Assembly: GCA_965205865.1 (NCBI GenBank)
Contig: CBDBHR010000027.1
Location: 32,001 to 96,000 of the forward strand
Length of the DNA: 64,000 nucleotides
Direction: 5' to 3'
Source: a bacterium
GTDB taxonomy: Bacteria > SAR324 > NAC60-12
Shown here one piece after another: positions 9,706 through 20,135 of the stretch. A model generated the notes under the pieces. It did no database searches and was not told the origin of the DNA. It saw only the letters and a list, made by a program, of their open reading frames with translations. The position numbers were made by a program, and so were the translations under genes. Every line of letters starts with the position of its first letter. Position 1 is the first letter of the stretch.

Positions 9706-12700
9706 ATGCCTTTGCTCAATCTCAAACCCACCCACAAGGTCATCAAAGATTATTATCATTCCCTGGAACAATTTGACCAATATGGCGTCACCCATGAAAT
9801 GGCGGTTCGTTCCGCATTTCAAACGTTGCTAGGGTCATGTGGAAGGCAATTAAACTGGGTACTGGTCCCTGAGTATCGTTTCAATCTGAAGGGCGGCAAG
9901 CACGTTGTCATCGATGCTTCATTGCTGGATAATTTCCATCTGGCCTATGGTTATTGGGAGGCAAAGGACATCCGCGACGATTTACCTACCGAAGTTTTGC
10001 GCAAGTTCGAAGCAGGTTATCCGCAGAGCAACATTCTCTTCCAAACGCCCAAACAGGCCATCCTCTGGCAAAACGAGCAGTGGGTGCTCGATAACGACCT
10101 GAGCGACCCGAAACAATTGATCGAGTCCCTGGAGGCCTTCTTCTCCTACCGTCCGCGACAATACGTTGAATGGCAGGATGCGGTTGCGCAGTTCAAGGAC
10201 AAGGTCCCCGAGATTGGACGAGGATTGGCCAAGCGCATTCAACAAGAACAGAAAAATAACCAGGAATTTATACAGGCTTTTGCAGTCTTTCTGGAAAAAT
10301 GTCGCGCCTCGATCAATCCCAACCTCTCTGAGGCTGCCGTCGAGGAGATGCTGATACAACACCTTCTCACGGAGCGCATCTTCCGTACCGTCTTCAAAAA
10401 CCCCGACTTCACCAACCGGAATCTCATCGCCAGAGAAATCGAAACGGTGATCCATGCTCTCACCTCGCATACCTTCAGCCGACTTGAATTTCTGGGGAGT
10501 CTGGATCGCTTCTACAAGGCGATCGAACAGACTGCGGAATCCATCAGCGATTTCTCACAGAAACAGTATTTCCTCAATACGGTCTACGAACAATTTTTCC
10601 AGGGCTTTTCCGTCAAGGTTGCTGATACTCATGGCATCGTCTATACGCCACAACCCATTGTAGACTTCATGGTGAAAAGCGTGGAGCAGATCCTGCGGAA
10701 TGAATTTGATACGTCTCTTTCTGACAACGGGGTGCACGTCATCGACCCATTCGTCGGAACCGGTAATTTATCGTCCGCGTCATGCGGGAGATCCTCAAGA
10801 CAAAGCTGCAGGATAAATATACTCAGGAACTCCATTGTAACGAAATATTACTACTCCCTTACTACGTCGCCTCGATGAATATCGAACATGAGTATTACGA
10901 GGCAACAGGGACTTACCAGCCTTTTGAAGGGATTTGCCTAACGGATACTTTCGACTTGGTTGAAATGAAAAACCGGGATCAACTCTTGCTTTTTACTCCT
11001 GAAAATACAAAGCGCGTAGAAAAACAAAAGGAGACGCCGATGTTTGTGATCATCGGCAATCCTCCCTACAACGTCGGTCAGGTCAACGAGAACGACAACA
11101 ACAAGAATCGAAAATACGAGGCGTTGGATCAACGAGTTTCGGGAACATTTGCCAGAGATTCCCAGGCGACAAATAAAAACTCATTGTCTGATCCATACGT
11201 GAAGGCCATACGCTGGGCATCCGACCGCATTGGAGAGCAGGGGATCGTTGCTTTCGTCACAAACAGCAGTTTTCTCGACGGCATCGCCTTTGATGGCATG
11301 CGGAAACACCTCACTGATGATTTCGACTCGATTTATATTCTCGATTTGGGAGGAAACGTGCGCAAGAATCCGAAACTATCCGGGACAACGCACAACGTTT
11401 TTAGCATTCAAGTGGGCGTCACTATCAATTTTTTCATCAAAAAAAGAAACAACGACGATTCCAAAATAGAATTTTCTATGCTCGTGTTGATGAATCCTGG
11501 CGTAAGGAAAACAAGTATCATTATCTTGATAGCAAAGGACAGTACCAAAACATCGAATGGCAAATGGTAAAGCCCGACAAGCATAATACATGGCTCACGG
11601 AGGGACTGCGCAGCGAATTCGAGAACTTTATTTCCATGGGAAGCCAAGCAGCAAGACGGGAAAAAGAAGAATCAATGGAGGTGATTTTCAAACACTATAG
11701 CCGTGGAGTCAACACCAGTCGTGATGCTTGGGCATACAATTTCAACCGGAACATGCTCACTGAGAACATGCAGCGGACGATCGATTATTGCAATGAACAG
11801 GTGCTCAAATGGAAACAACCTGAAATGCTGAATACCAACGTGGATGATTTTGTAGTGTATGATGATACGAAAATCAGCTGGAGTGAGTCTTTGAAATTAA
11901 ATTTGAATCGCGGAAGAAATACTGAATATAGTGAATTCAAAATTCGAGATGCGCTTTATCGCCCTTTCACCAAGTCAAACCTCTTCTTTGATCGCATTCT
12001 AAATGAAAGAGTTTACGGTTTCCCGGCCATTTTCCCCACACCTGAAACGGAAACCGAAAACCGTGTGATTTGTGTCACTGCCATAGGGAATAAAAAACCA
12101 TTTCACTGCCTGATGACCATGCAACTAACGGATGTGCATCTTACTGGAGATTCCCAGTGCTTCCCCTTTTACACTTATGACGAGGACGGGACGAACCGGC
12201 GGGAAAACATCACCGCTTGGGCATTGCAAGCATTCCGGTCTCAATACCAGGACGACACCATCAGCAAGTGGGACGTCTTCCATTACGTTTACGCGGTGTT
12301 GCATCACCCCGGCTACCGTGAGATGTATCAGGCGAATCTCAAAAGGGAGTTGCCACGTGTGCCCCTTGTCTCGGATTTCTGGAGTTACGTCAAAACGGGA
12401 AGACGGTTGGGGGAGATCCATGTTTCCTACGAGGACCAACCCGAATACCGGCTCGACTTAATAGAAAAACCCGGTGCGTCCCTCAACTGGCGTGTCGAGA
12501 AGATGAAACTCTCCAAAGACAAGACGCAGATCCACTACAATGATTTCCTCACGTTAGCCGGCATCCCACCAGAAGCGTTTGACTACCGCTTAGGCAATCG
12601 TTCAGCCCTGGACTGGGTAATCGACCAGTACCGCGTCAAGACCGACCAACGAAGCGGCATCACCAACGACCCCAACCGCCCAGACGACCCGCAGTACATC

Positions 12701-12847
12701 GTCAAACTGATTGGCAAGGTCATCACCGTCAGTCTGGAGACCGTCAAGCTGGTCAAGGGGCTACCAGCATGGCCAAAAACGGTACCCGATAAAAAAGGGA
12801 ATTATATATTAGAGTTACCAAATGCCGTTCAACTCAGCGAAAGGTGA
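9706..12847 (+). CDS. Type ISP-like restriction-modification enzyme (nuclease-like N-terminus, N6-adenine MTase, C-terminal specificity domain); split by two frameshifts
   Basis: ID..YWEAK N-terminal motif, HGIVYTPQPIVDFMV, VIDPFVGTGN, IIGNPPY, YRPFTK, LGNRSALDWVIDQY; frame breaks near 10767 and 11445-11470. Confidence 0.88.
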
Positions 12848-13015
12848 ACGGCATTCAATAAGAGAATATTATGGATAATAATGGAATACGGAAGATCGAA
12901 GCCCTATCTCAACATCATTCAAAAGTATCTAAGGGATGGGAATTATTAAATAATCTCATAGAGTCCTCAAATCTGAATGATGAAGATATTCAGTGTATTT
13001 TTTATGCTGTTAATC

Positions 13016-13234
13016 TCATTGACCCAAGGAAGGAAATGGCACGCTTGGCATAGGCGTTGATGGAGTAACGTCTATTGTTAAGACATGTTTAGGGAATACT
13101 CCATAAACATGTCCGCAATTACCGCAATACACTATTTCAAACCAAGCATTACCCCCCTTGGATTTCTGTAAGCTCTCTTGGTCTTTCATATGATCTCTCC
13201 CACTCACTTCACATTTTGGACATTTAGGTTCCAT
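13016..13234 (-). CDS. Small zinc-ribbon protein
   Basis: CPKC...CGNCGHVYG in 72 aa, preceded by an AGGA Shine-Dalgarno-like sequence. Confidence 0.7.
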   Translation of the reverse strand: MEPKCPKCEVSGRDHMKDQESLQKSKGGNAWFEIVYCGNCGHVYGVFPKHVLTIDVTPSTPMPSVPFPSLGQ

Positions 13235-13321
13235 ATCTCATCCTTTCTTTCTGTCTATGTGTCATTCATTCTCCAGAGCGCAATTTAATTTCCTCCATTT
13301 CTTCGTCGGTCAATTGCCTTA

Positions 13322-14209
13322 GAACCTGTTTGAAATAAGTTGAGCTTCCTATTGGAAGTGTTCCATGTCACATTCATTTTGAGAAAAATGAAACCTTAAT
13401 AACAAGGAGTGAACATGGAACGTTCAGGTTATAACAGTGATGTCAGTGATAAACAATGGGAAAGACTTCAAGAGTACCTTCCCGAACTTTCAACTCGTGG
13501 AGCCCACCTTCGTAAATGGGAACTACGAGTTATCATAAACGCCATTTTGTATGTAGTGACCACGGGTTGTCAATGGAGAATGCTTCCCAAAGATTTTCCT
13601 CCTTGGCAAAGTGTTTATTACCACTACAATAAATGGTGCAAGAACGACACTTGGTTCCTGATTCACCAGTTTCTCCATCGGCAAACCCGAATAGAAACGG
13701 GCAGAGCTCCCGAACCCAGTGCTGCAATGATTGATAGTCAATCCGTCAAAACCACGGAACTGGCTGATAGTCGAGGTTTTGATGGAAATAAACGAATCAA
13801 AGGGCATAAAAGGCATGTAGCTGTCGATATCTCGGGAATTCCTCTCATGGTTAAAGTCACTGATGCCAATGCCTCCGATTCCAAAAGTGCTTACGATCTT
13901 TTGGAATCGATGTTTAGCTGGTTCTTTTCGATTCAGATGATTTGGGCCGACGGAGGTTATCGAGGGGAATTAGCCCAATGGTTATGGAATCGATTTCAAT
14001 GTGAACTTGAGATCACTCTAAACCTCCAAGGAACGGGCTTTCAGGTCCTACCGAAAAGGTGGATCGTCGAAAGAACCTTTTCCTGGTTTGGATGGTATCG
14101 AAGACTCAACATCGATTATGAAAGAAAAACAAAAAACTCTGAAAACATGATCTATGTCGCTATGATTTGCTTGATGTTAAAGAGAATTAAATGACTTTCA
14201 AACAGGTTC
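13322..14209 (+). mobile_element. IS5-family insertion sequence
   Basis: TIR gaacctgtttgaaa / tttcaaacaggttc, flanked by TA on both sides. Confidence 0.92.
13409..14194 (+). CDS. IS5 family transposase
   Basis: YNSDVSDKQW, TGCQWRMLPKDFPPWQSVY, IDSQSVK, ADGGY, PKRWIVERTFSW. Confidence 0.95.
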   Translation: MNMERSGYNSDVSDKQWERLQEYLPELSTRGAHLRKWELRVIINAILYVVTTGCQWRMLPKDFPPWQSVYYHYNKWCKNDTWFLIHQFLHRQTRIETGRAPEPSAAMIDSQSVKTTELADSRGFDGNKRIKGHKRHVAVDISGIPLMVKVTDANASDSKSAYDLLESMFSWFFSIQMIWADGGYRGELAQWLWNRFQCELEITLNLQGTGFQVLPKRWIVERTFSWFGWYRRLNIDYERKTKNSENMIYVAMICLMLKRIK

Positions 14210-14281
14210 TAAGGCAAAATTCCGGTCAACCCCGAAAAACCGTTGAGAACACAGCGTTTCCGAGCGTTGTATGGTTGCCGG

Positions 14282-15220
14282 TCAGAACTGATACTTCATG
14301 TTGAGGCTGACGCCCCAGAATTGAATGTCATTCGTCATTGCTTTGTATCGCACCCGCAAAGTACCAGATGGATCAAGTACGGAGTCATGATTACGAAGTT
14401 GCTCCCACTCTCTTGGATCACTCTCGAATTCACCAAAATCCGCCCACCGGAACTTGAGCCCGATGCTCACTGGCTCACTGACTTGATAATCCACGCCCGC
14501 AATTGCTTGGTACCCGAGCAGCGTATCCAAGAGCTTGCCCCTGCCAATAGTGGTCGCGCCGGCGAGTTTTCGGTTCAGTTCCAGGCATTCCGTTTCCGTA
14601 CATTTTGAACCGTCGCTATTCTTAAATGTCGAAATATCATCGGGGTCAGAACTCCGTTGAAATCGGCCAAAGTAATCCAACGAGATTTGCACAAACCCTA
14701 CGCCAAACCCCACGTACGGTGTAAACTTCGAGTCCGAGTAGTAGTCGTAGTACAGGTTGGCGAAGAAGTTGTGAGACAACACGTCACCCACCCCAAATTC
14801 CAGTGCAGCGAGTTCATCGCTATCTGTCGCTGTGCTATCGTCATCCAACCTCGTATCTTGGTCCATGTCATCATGGGTCGTGCTGCGATAGAAATATTCT
14901 CCCTCAACCCTGAAGCTCCCCAGACGATAGCCCAAGGCCACCCCTGCCAGAACTCCGGTGCCTCCCTCAAGATCAGAAGCCCATTTATCACCGCTGTGAT
15001 TTTCTGCCTCCTCTTTAGTCAAAAGACAGGTGGAACGGGGATTTGGATTGTGGGCCCTGTCACACGCGGCCCCTTGATCATTATCACTCGCATTTACTTC
15101 CATGCCCGGAGCGACCGCGATAGCCAAATCCATCCCCATGTAAAACCTGTTCTTGGCCAATACCTGGCCGGAGGAGATCACTAACGCCGTCACCACAAAC
15201 ACGAGCAAGATTTTTTTCAT
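14282..15220 (-). CDS. Outer-membrane beta-barrel protein (opacity/surface-antigen-like)
   Basis: Signal peptide MKKILLVFVV.., LGYRLGSFRVEGEY, NLYYDY..SKFTPYVGFGVG, C-terminal KYQF. Confidence 0.85.
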   Translation of the reverse strand: MKKILLVFVVTALVISSGQVLAKNRFYMGMDLAIAVAPGMEVNASDNDQGAACDRAHNPNPRSTCLLTKEEAENHSGDKWASDLEGGTGVLAGVALGYRLGSFRVEGEYFYRSTTHDDMDQDTRLDDDSTATDSDELAALEFGVGDVLSHNFFANLYYDYYSDSKFTPYVGFGVGFVQISLDYFGRFQRSSDPDDISTFKNSDGSKCTETECLELNRKLAGATTIGRGKLLDTLLGYQAIAGVDYQVSEPVSIGLKFRWADFGEFESDPREWEQLRNHDSVLDPSGTLRVRYKAMTNDIQFWGVSLNMKYQF

Positions 15221-15378
15221 GTCACTTCTCTCTTTTTTATAATGCGTCTCATGCAACCTGTATGGGTCCACCTCTCCCCGAAGATGTCCTACAATTAGTT
15301 GAAATTTGAAACATGACCTCCATTGCGGTAAAGTCAAATTTATCGCAAAAATCATAACTGAACCACCACGGAGGTCTC

Positions 15379-15784
15379 ATGAAGAAAGTAAACAAAACCG
15401 AATCAAAAATCAATACGAAAGCAAGAGTGGCATCCTATCGGGAATTGGTAGAAGGAGAATATGATGTGAACAGCCGGTTGTTACTGATCCAATAGTTAAT
15501 CCCCACTGGTCTTCTGGCCGTAGAAGAGGCACTGCAGTCGGAAGTGACCGAGTTGGCTGGTCAACGATACAGTCGAGAATGCAGCCTCAAACGTTGGGGA
15601 TCGAACCCTGGATCTGTCTTTTCAGGTAATCAAAAACTCTCGATTCGAGTTCCCCACCTTCGAGACACCGAAGAAAATGAGGAAGTTGGCTTGGAAGCTT
15701 ATCGACAACTTCAATCTCCTCAAATCGTCGATGAGCGGGTATTTGCTCAAGTGCTAAATGGAATCAGTACGAGAAAATATGAGG
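15379..15784 (+). pseudogene. IS256-family transposase remnant
   Basis: ALQSEVTELAGQRY, RWGSNPGSV..QKLSIRVP, VLNGISTRKYE; internal TAG near 15493; ends at the 88-bp inverted-repeat element. Confidence 0.75.
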
Positions 15785-16572
15785 AAGGGGGTCAGGCCTT
15801 TGATTAAATGAAAAGGGAGCAAAAAAACTATACTCGTTCCTAATCAAATAATCAAAGTCACCGTAAAGAACTGACTTATAGTGGTTTCCAGCCACCTTTC
15901 GTCATTCCTCCGGTACAGATCCGGATGTGCGCTGCTAACGCATCCGGCTCCTGCTTCGAGTCAGACGCTCAAACGTTGATTCGGATTCGCCGTTTGGCGC
16001 ACCCTGCTTAAACCGCTCTCTGATTTTACCGGCCTCTGAGTTCCGAACACAGCAGGGCAAGCAGAATTCCTCTCAGCCAAGTCCCTTTGCTCCACAGGCT
16101 CCGTTGATTTCCTTTGCATTGTTACTCTCTACAAATGATCTCATTGTTCGCCGCTTCATAGCTACTACGAACTTGTCCGACTTCCTGAAGACGTAGATAT
16201 CGGGGTTATTTATTAATTTTCCCGATCCGACTACCAATGGAATGGTGACAGTCATCCTCAGGATCTCCCAGGTTCCGATCAAGAAACTTCCACACATGCA
16301 CAGGGTCTTTGACTCCGCCAGGCTCAGCCGAGACTCACGCTAACGCCTTCGGTTGATATTGCCTTCCCCACCAGACCACAAGGTCAGCGCATGAGACTAT
16401 GATTTCGGAGCTCAATACCGAGCCTATGTTCTCCCCTGTCAACGCTTAGCGCCTATCCTTGCGGATAACCACTCATGACTCGGGGACTCGGCGGGTCGTT
16501 ACTGCCTTACCGAGTAAGAGACTTTCACTCTCTATTTCTTGCCAGCTTTCCTGGCGCACGGCCTGACCCCTT
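15785..16572. mobile_element. 88-bp miniature inverted-repeat element (copy 1), interrupted by a group II intron
   Basis: 15785-15856 plus 16560-16572 reconstitute a near-identical copy of the element at 18733-18820. Confidence 0.9.
15857..16559 (-). ncRNA. ORF-less group II intron (703 nt)
   Basis: 5' GTGCG at 16559, 3' end ..TTTACGGTGAC at 15857 with an A at -8, domain V GAGCCGGATGCGTTAGCAGCGCACATCCGGATCT (15917-15950); precise removal restores the host repeat. Confidence 0.93.
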
Positions 16573-16642
16573 TTTGACTCTCTCCATAGTTAAAATATAT
16601 TCTTTTAGGAATGAAATTTAAATAAGTTAGAAGTATGGATAC

Positions 16643-16723
16643 GCAAAATTAGGGGACACGTAACAGCAGGCATAAAACAGTAGAGTTGGGATGCGCAGCG
16701 GTGTACATGTTCCCCAATTTTGC
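16643..16723. repeat. REP-like inverted repeat pair
   Basis: gcaaaattaggggacacgta ... tacatgttccccaattttgc (17/20 complementary). Confidence 0.65.
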
Positions 16724-16809
16724 TCACTCCATTAGAAGATTTACAGGTTATTTAAGTTTTGTTCCTTAATTAATACGCGGCACCGGTTTGGCACCGCGCG
16801 ATAGTGTAC

Positions 16810-17871
16810 TTATTTCAGCTTGGCCAGAGTGATAACTCCGTCATGATGTTTATTACGGAAAAGAAAATCCCCATTCGGTATGATGACGATGTAGGTACCA
16901 TGACCATCATTCTTATCGAAACGGCGCCCTTCCGATGATGGTGTTTCTACTATTTCTTGCTCCAGGGAACTGTCATCATAGAATTTACGGATCAAAAAAT
17001 ACTTCCCGTTTTTCTTAATGATGGAAGCCGTCCCAACACCGCCCTCTATCCATTTACCGACCAATTGATCTTCGGTGTAATCCTCATCCTGTGCCATCCC
17101 TTGGATTTTCAAGGCCCGTTCATACTCATAGAAATTTACTTTGTAACGGAACGTGGAATAGTGACCCGCTGTTACTGATGATGATTTAGACCAGTCGCCA
17201 CGTGGAGCCCAGTCGATACTGCCGTCTGCCGCAGACGTTGTATCCGAACCGGGAAAATAAATGAAAAATTTGACGGCGTTTACAAAGTTACCGGCAGCAT
17301 GGCGGTCTTGCACGATCTCAACTACTATTTGCATCGCCTCTCGCTCCGTGTATATAGAGCCGAATCTAACACGATATATGAATCTCTTGGCAGATTTCAG
17401 ACTGATGTCCTCTACTCCTATGACATCATAATTTAGGGACTGATTTTCTGACATGTTATCCTTTGTAACTTTATCGACTGATATATTGCGTGGCAAACTT
17501 GCTTCTTTGAGATTGGATATTTCCTGGTCATACTCGAGATTGATCCTAATCTTTGCTTTTTCGATCTCTTCCCGGCGTTCCTTATTCAACCTATCTCGTT
17601 TTAGTAACGCTACCTGTCCATAAAACCCATCTTTTACAATGGTCACGTGGTTGTCTGTGATGGAATGAATTTCTTTTTTTGAGTCGACGGCACAAACCAA
17701 AGCACTGTTGAAAATATGCTTTTCTTTAGAGAAAAAACCTTCTTCCTGAAAAACATAGGTACGAGGCTCGTAACCCAGGAATTTCAGCACACTTTCGCAA
17801 TTTTCTTTCGGGCCAGCAAAGACCGCGGAAGATACAAACAAAAACATGATCAAAACGATTAACTTTTTCAT
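16810..17871 (-). CDS. Secreted hypothetical protein
   Basis: Long AT-rich ORF; signal-peptide-like MKKLIVLIMFLFVSSAVFA after GGGAG. Confidence 0.75.
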   Translation of the reverse strand: MKKLIVLIMFLFVSSAVFAGPKENCESVLKFLGYEPRTYVFQEEGFFSKEKHIFNSALVCAVDSKKEIHSITDNHVTIVKDGFYGQVALLKRDRLNKERREEIEKAKIRINLEYDQEISNLKEASLPRNISVDKVTKDNMSENQSLNYDVIGVEDISLKSAKRFIYRVRFGSIYTEREAMQIVVEIVQDRHAAGNFVNAVKFFIYFPGSDTTSAADGSIDWAPRGDWSKSSSVTAGHYSTFRYKVNFYEYERALKIQGMAQDEDYTEDQLVGKWIEGGVGTASIIKKNGKYFLIRKFYDDSSLEQEIVETPSSEGRRFDKNDGHGTYIVIIPNGDFLFRNKHHDGVITLAKLK

Positions 17872-17991
17872 AATAAACTCCCAAAATAAATTTTTCCTAA
17901 ATCCTGCAATTAGATGACAATCAAACATGGAAATGGTAATATACTCAAATAGTTAACACCAGAATCAACATTTTAAGAGATCACCATTACC

Positions 17992-18732
17992 ATGAAAAAC
18001 AAACGTAGCGCAAGATCGGCAAGAACGACAGCAAAAAATATCCATATCAGCCAGGGAGGCAGAGACCTTACCGCGCAAGCAGGCTTGATTCCGGTTGTCA
18101 AATTTTTTCACAAAGAAGGGATTGTTTCAAAGACAGAGCAGACCGTAGATCATCAGCGTGGCGCCACGGGTCTCTATGACGCGGTGGACATGATCATTTT
18201 GTCGTTGGTCGGCATTGTTGGCGGCGCCCGTTCGATTCGTTCGATTGTGACAGTTTGGAACGACCGTGTTTTGAGTCGTGCGGCCGGTTGGCTGAGGATT
18301 CCGGATGAAAGCACATTCGGCCGGATACTGCGTACTTTCACACAGAAAAACATCAATGAGATGGAGAGCTTGAACCATCGGATTCGAGTCGGTATCTGGC
18401 GCAAGGCGCTTCGAAGTGGGACAAGCATTGTTGGGGTGTTACCCTGTCTTGTGATTGACGTGGACTCCACTATGAAAACGGCCTACGGCAAGCAGCAAGG
18501 AGTGTCTGTCGGATATAATCCCCACAAACGCGGTGCAGCTTCGTATCATCCTCTGCTGGCATTTTGTGCAGAGACAAAGGAGATTCTTCAGGGTTGGCTT
18601 CGTGATGGGAGTGCCTATACCAGCAATGGAGTCGTTGATCCCCATTGCCATGAGGACTAGATTCATGCGGTAACTTCTCGCTCATCTTCCAAATCGGACT
18701 CGCACTCTGTTTCGTGGAGACAGTGGTTTTTT
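17992..18732 (+). pseudogene. IS1380-family transposase remnant
   Basis: LTAQAGL, IPDESTFGR, IDVDST..YGKQQG..GYNP.KRG..SYHPLLAF, later FRGDSGFF; small insertion and stops near 18640-18672; truncated by the 88-bp element. Confidence 0.85.
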
Positions 18733-18820
18733 AAAGGGGGTCAGGCCTTTGATTAAATGAAAAGGGGGCAAAAAAACTGGACTCGTTCCTAATCAAATAA
18801 TCAAAGGCCTGACCCCCTTT
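18733..18820. mobile_element. 88-bp miniature inverted-repeat element (copy 2, intact)
   Basis: 23-bp perfect TIR aaagggggtcaggcctttgatta / taatcaaaggcctgacccccttt. Confidence 0.92.
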
Positions 18821-19039
18821 CCTATATCTGAGGCATTTCGCACTGCCGAGCGACAGTCGCTACATTATTGACTTGTACGATGAACCTGGTGAGATACTTT
18901 ATGACCATTTTGAGGCAGATTGCGCAAAATTGAGGAATCAAAATTTCATAATAAATGATCACATCGCTGATTGAAACATAGGTGCCGGAATTGCATCACA
19001 TAGCCGTAAGCCTCTCACTCTAAAAAGGAGCCATGAACC

Positions 19040-19270
19040 ATGCAGAAGGCGTTGCGCATTAGGACGACGGTACTGCCCGGAGGCAAAATCGAGATCGTGG
19101 ACCAGGAGCTTTCGGTGGGGGAGTCCGTTGACGTGATTGTCAGTAAGTCGTCGTCAGCAGGGCGGTCCGCCGTTGACATTCTGGAAGAAGCGCCGGGTCA
19201 GCGTCTGTTCAAGACTGCTGAGGACGTAGAATCTTACCTGAAGGACGAACGAGAGTCATGGGACCGCTGA
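19040..19270 (+). CDS. Putative antitoxin (VapB-like)
   Basis: 76 aa ending VESYLKDERESWDR, overlapping the downstream PIN gene; upstream AGGAG. Confidence 0.75.
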   Translation: MQKALRIRTTVLPGGKIEIVDQELSVGESVDVIVSKSSSAGRSAVDILEEAPGQRLFKTAEDVESYLKDERESWDR

Positions 19271-19518
19271 CCCTTCCGGCTGTCGGACCAATCTACCTCG
19301 ACGCCAGTGCGTTTATCTATAGCGTGGAGCGCGTCGAACCCTACCGGGAGTTGCTCGAACCCATGTGGCGGCAGGCTCAGGCCGGTCAGTTCGGCATCGT
19401 GAGCAGCGACCTGGTGGTTTTGGAGACGCTCGTCAAGCCTCTGCGCGAACGCGACACGGTAGTCGAAAGGCTCTTTCTTGATATATTTGACGCTAAAAAG
19501 GATATAGGAGAGAAATAG
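19258..19518 (+). pseudogene. PIN-domain (VapC) toxin, 3'-truncated
   Basis: IYLDASAFIYSVE and SDLVVLETLVKP present; only 86 aa, C-terminal PIN acidic motifs absent. Confidence 0.75.
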
Positions 19519-20135
19519 TGAACGATTCTATACCCGACGATATTCTGGTCATCATGAAAAAAAGAAAAATCAATTTCCTTTACTATCTGGTCCCAATTGA
19601 TAATTTGATTTCAATCAGCCGGAATGGTTTGCTTTCTCGCAACCGTATAAGTGGATGTGATATAGCGCTAGACATAGCAGATATAAATGTCATTGAAACG
19701 CGAAGGAGGAAATCCTTTTTCAACCATTTGCTACTTGATTTTGTTCCCTTGTATTTCACCCCCAAGAACCCAATGCTATACCGTCGCAGGGAGATTCAGG
19801 ATAAAATCGCCATTCTTTGTTTAAATAAAAATCTGTTGTTGCAGGAAGGCACGGTGTTTACCGATGGCAATGCTGCTTCTATGGAAACCAGATGTTTTAG
19901 AAATCCAATGGATCTCGAGAGCTTGGATTGGAAGTGTATCCGTGCCCAACGATGGCCGGATTTTGAAGACGGCAGACGGAAACGCTGTGCCGAGGTTCTG
20001 GTTCCTGACCAGATTCCTTTTTTGCATGTCCAAAAAATAATTACCCAAACAGAAGATGCCCGTTTCCGGGTTTATGAAACCATGGGAGAAAAGAAAAAAG
20101 TGGAATTACAACCAAGGTGGTATTTCGATGAGTAA
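19518..20135 (+). CDS. darT: DarT-like ssDNA ADP-ribosyltransferase (DUF4433)
   Basis: NL.SI..NGLLS, DFVPLYFTPKNPMLY, FTDGNAAS, RRKRCAEVLVP; directly upstream of a macrodomain gene. Confidence 0.88.
   Translation: MNDSIPDDILVIMKKRKINFLYYLVPIDNLISISRNGLLSRNRISGCDIALDIADINVIETRRRKSFFNHLLLDFVPLYFTPKNPMLYRRREIQDKIAILCLNKNLLLQEGTVFTDGNAASMETRCFRNPMDLESLDWKCIRAQRWPDFEDGRRKRCAEVLVPDQIPFLHVQKIITQTEDARFRVYETMGEKKKVELQPRWYFDE

Noticed and set aside
14282-15355. 357-aa version of the outer-membrane protein
   Set aside because: Signal peptide and RBS point to the ATG at 15220; the extension runs into the IS256 upstream region.
16073-16297. 74-aa ORF inside the intron as an intron-encoded protein
   Set aside because: No RT or maturase motifs; it overlaps ribozyme structural domains.
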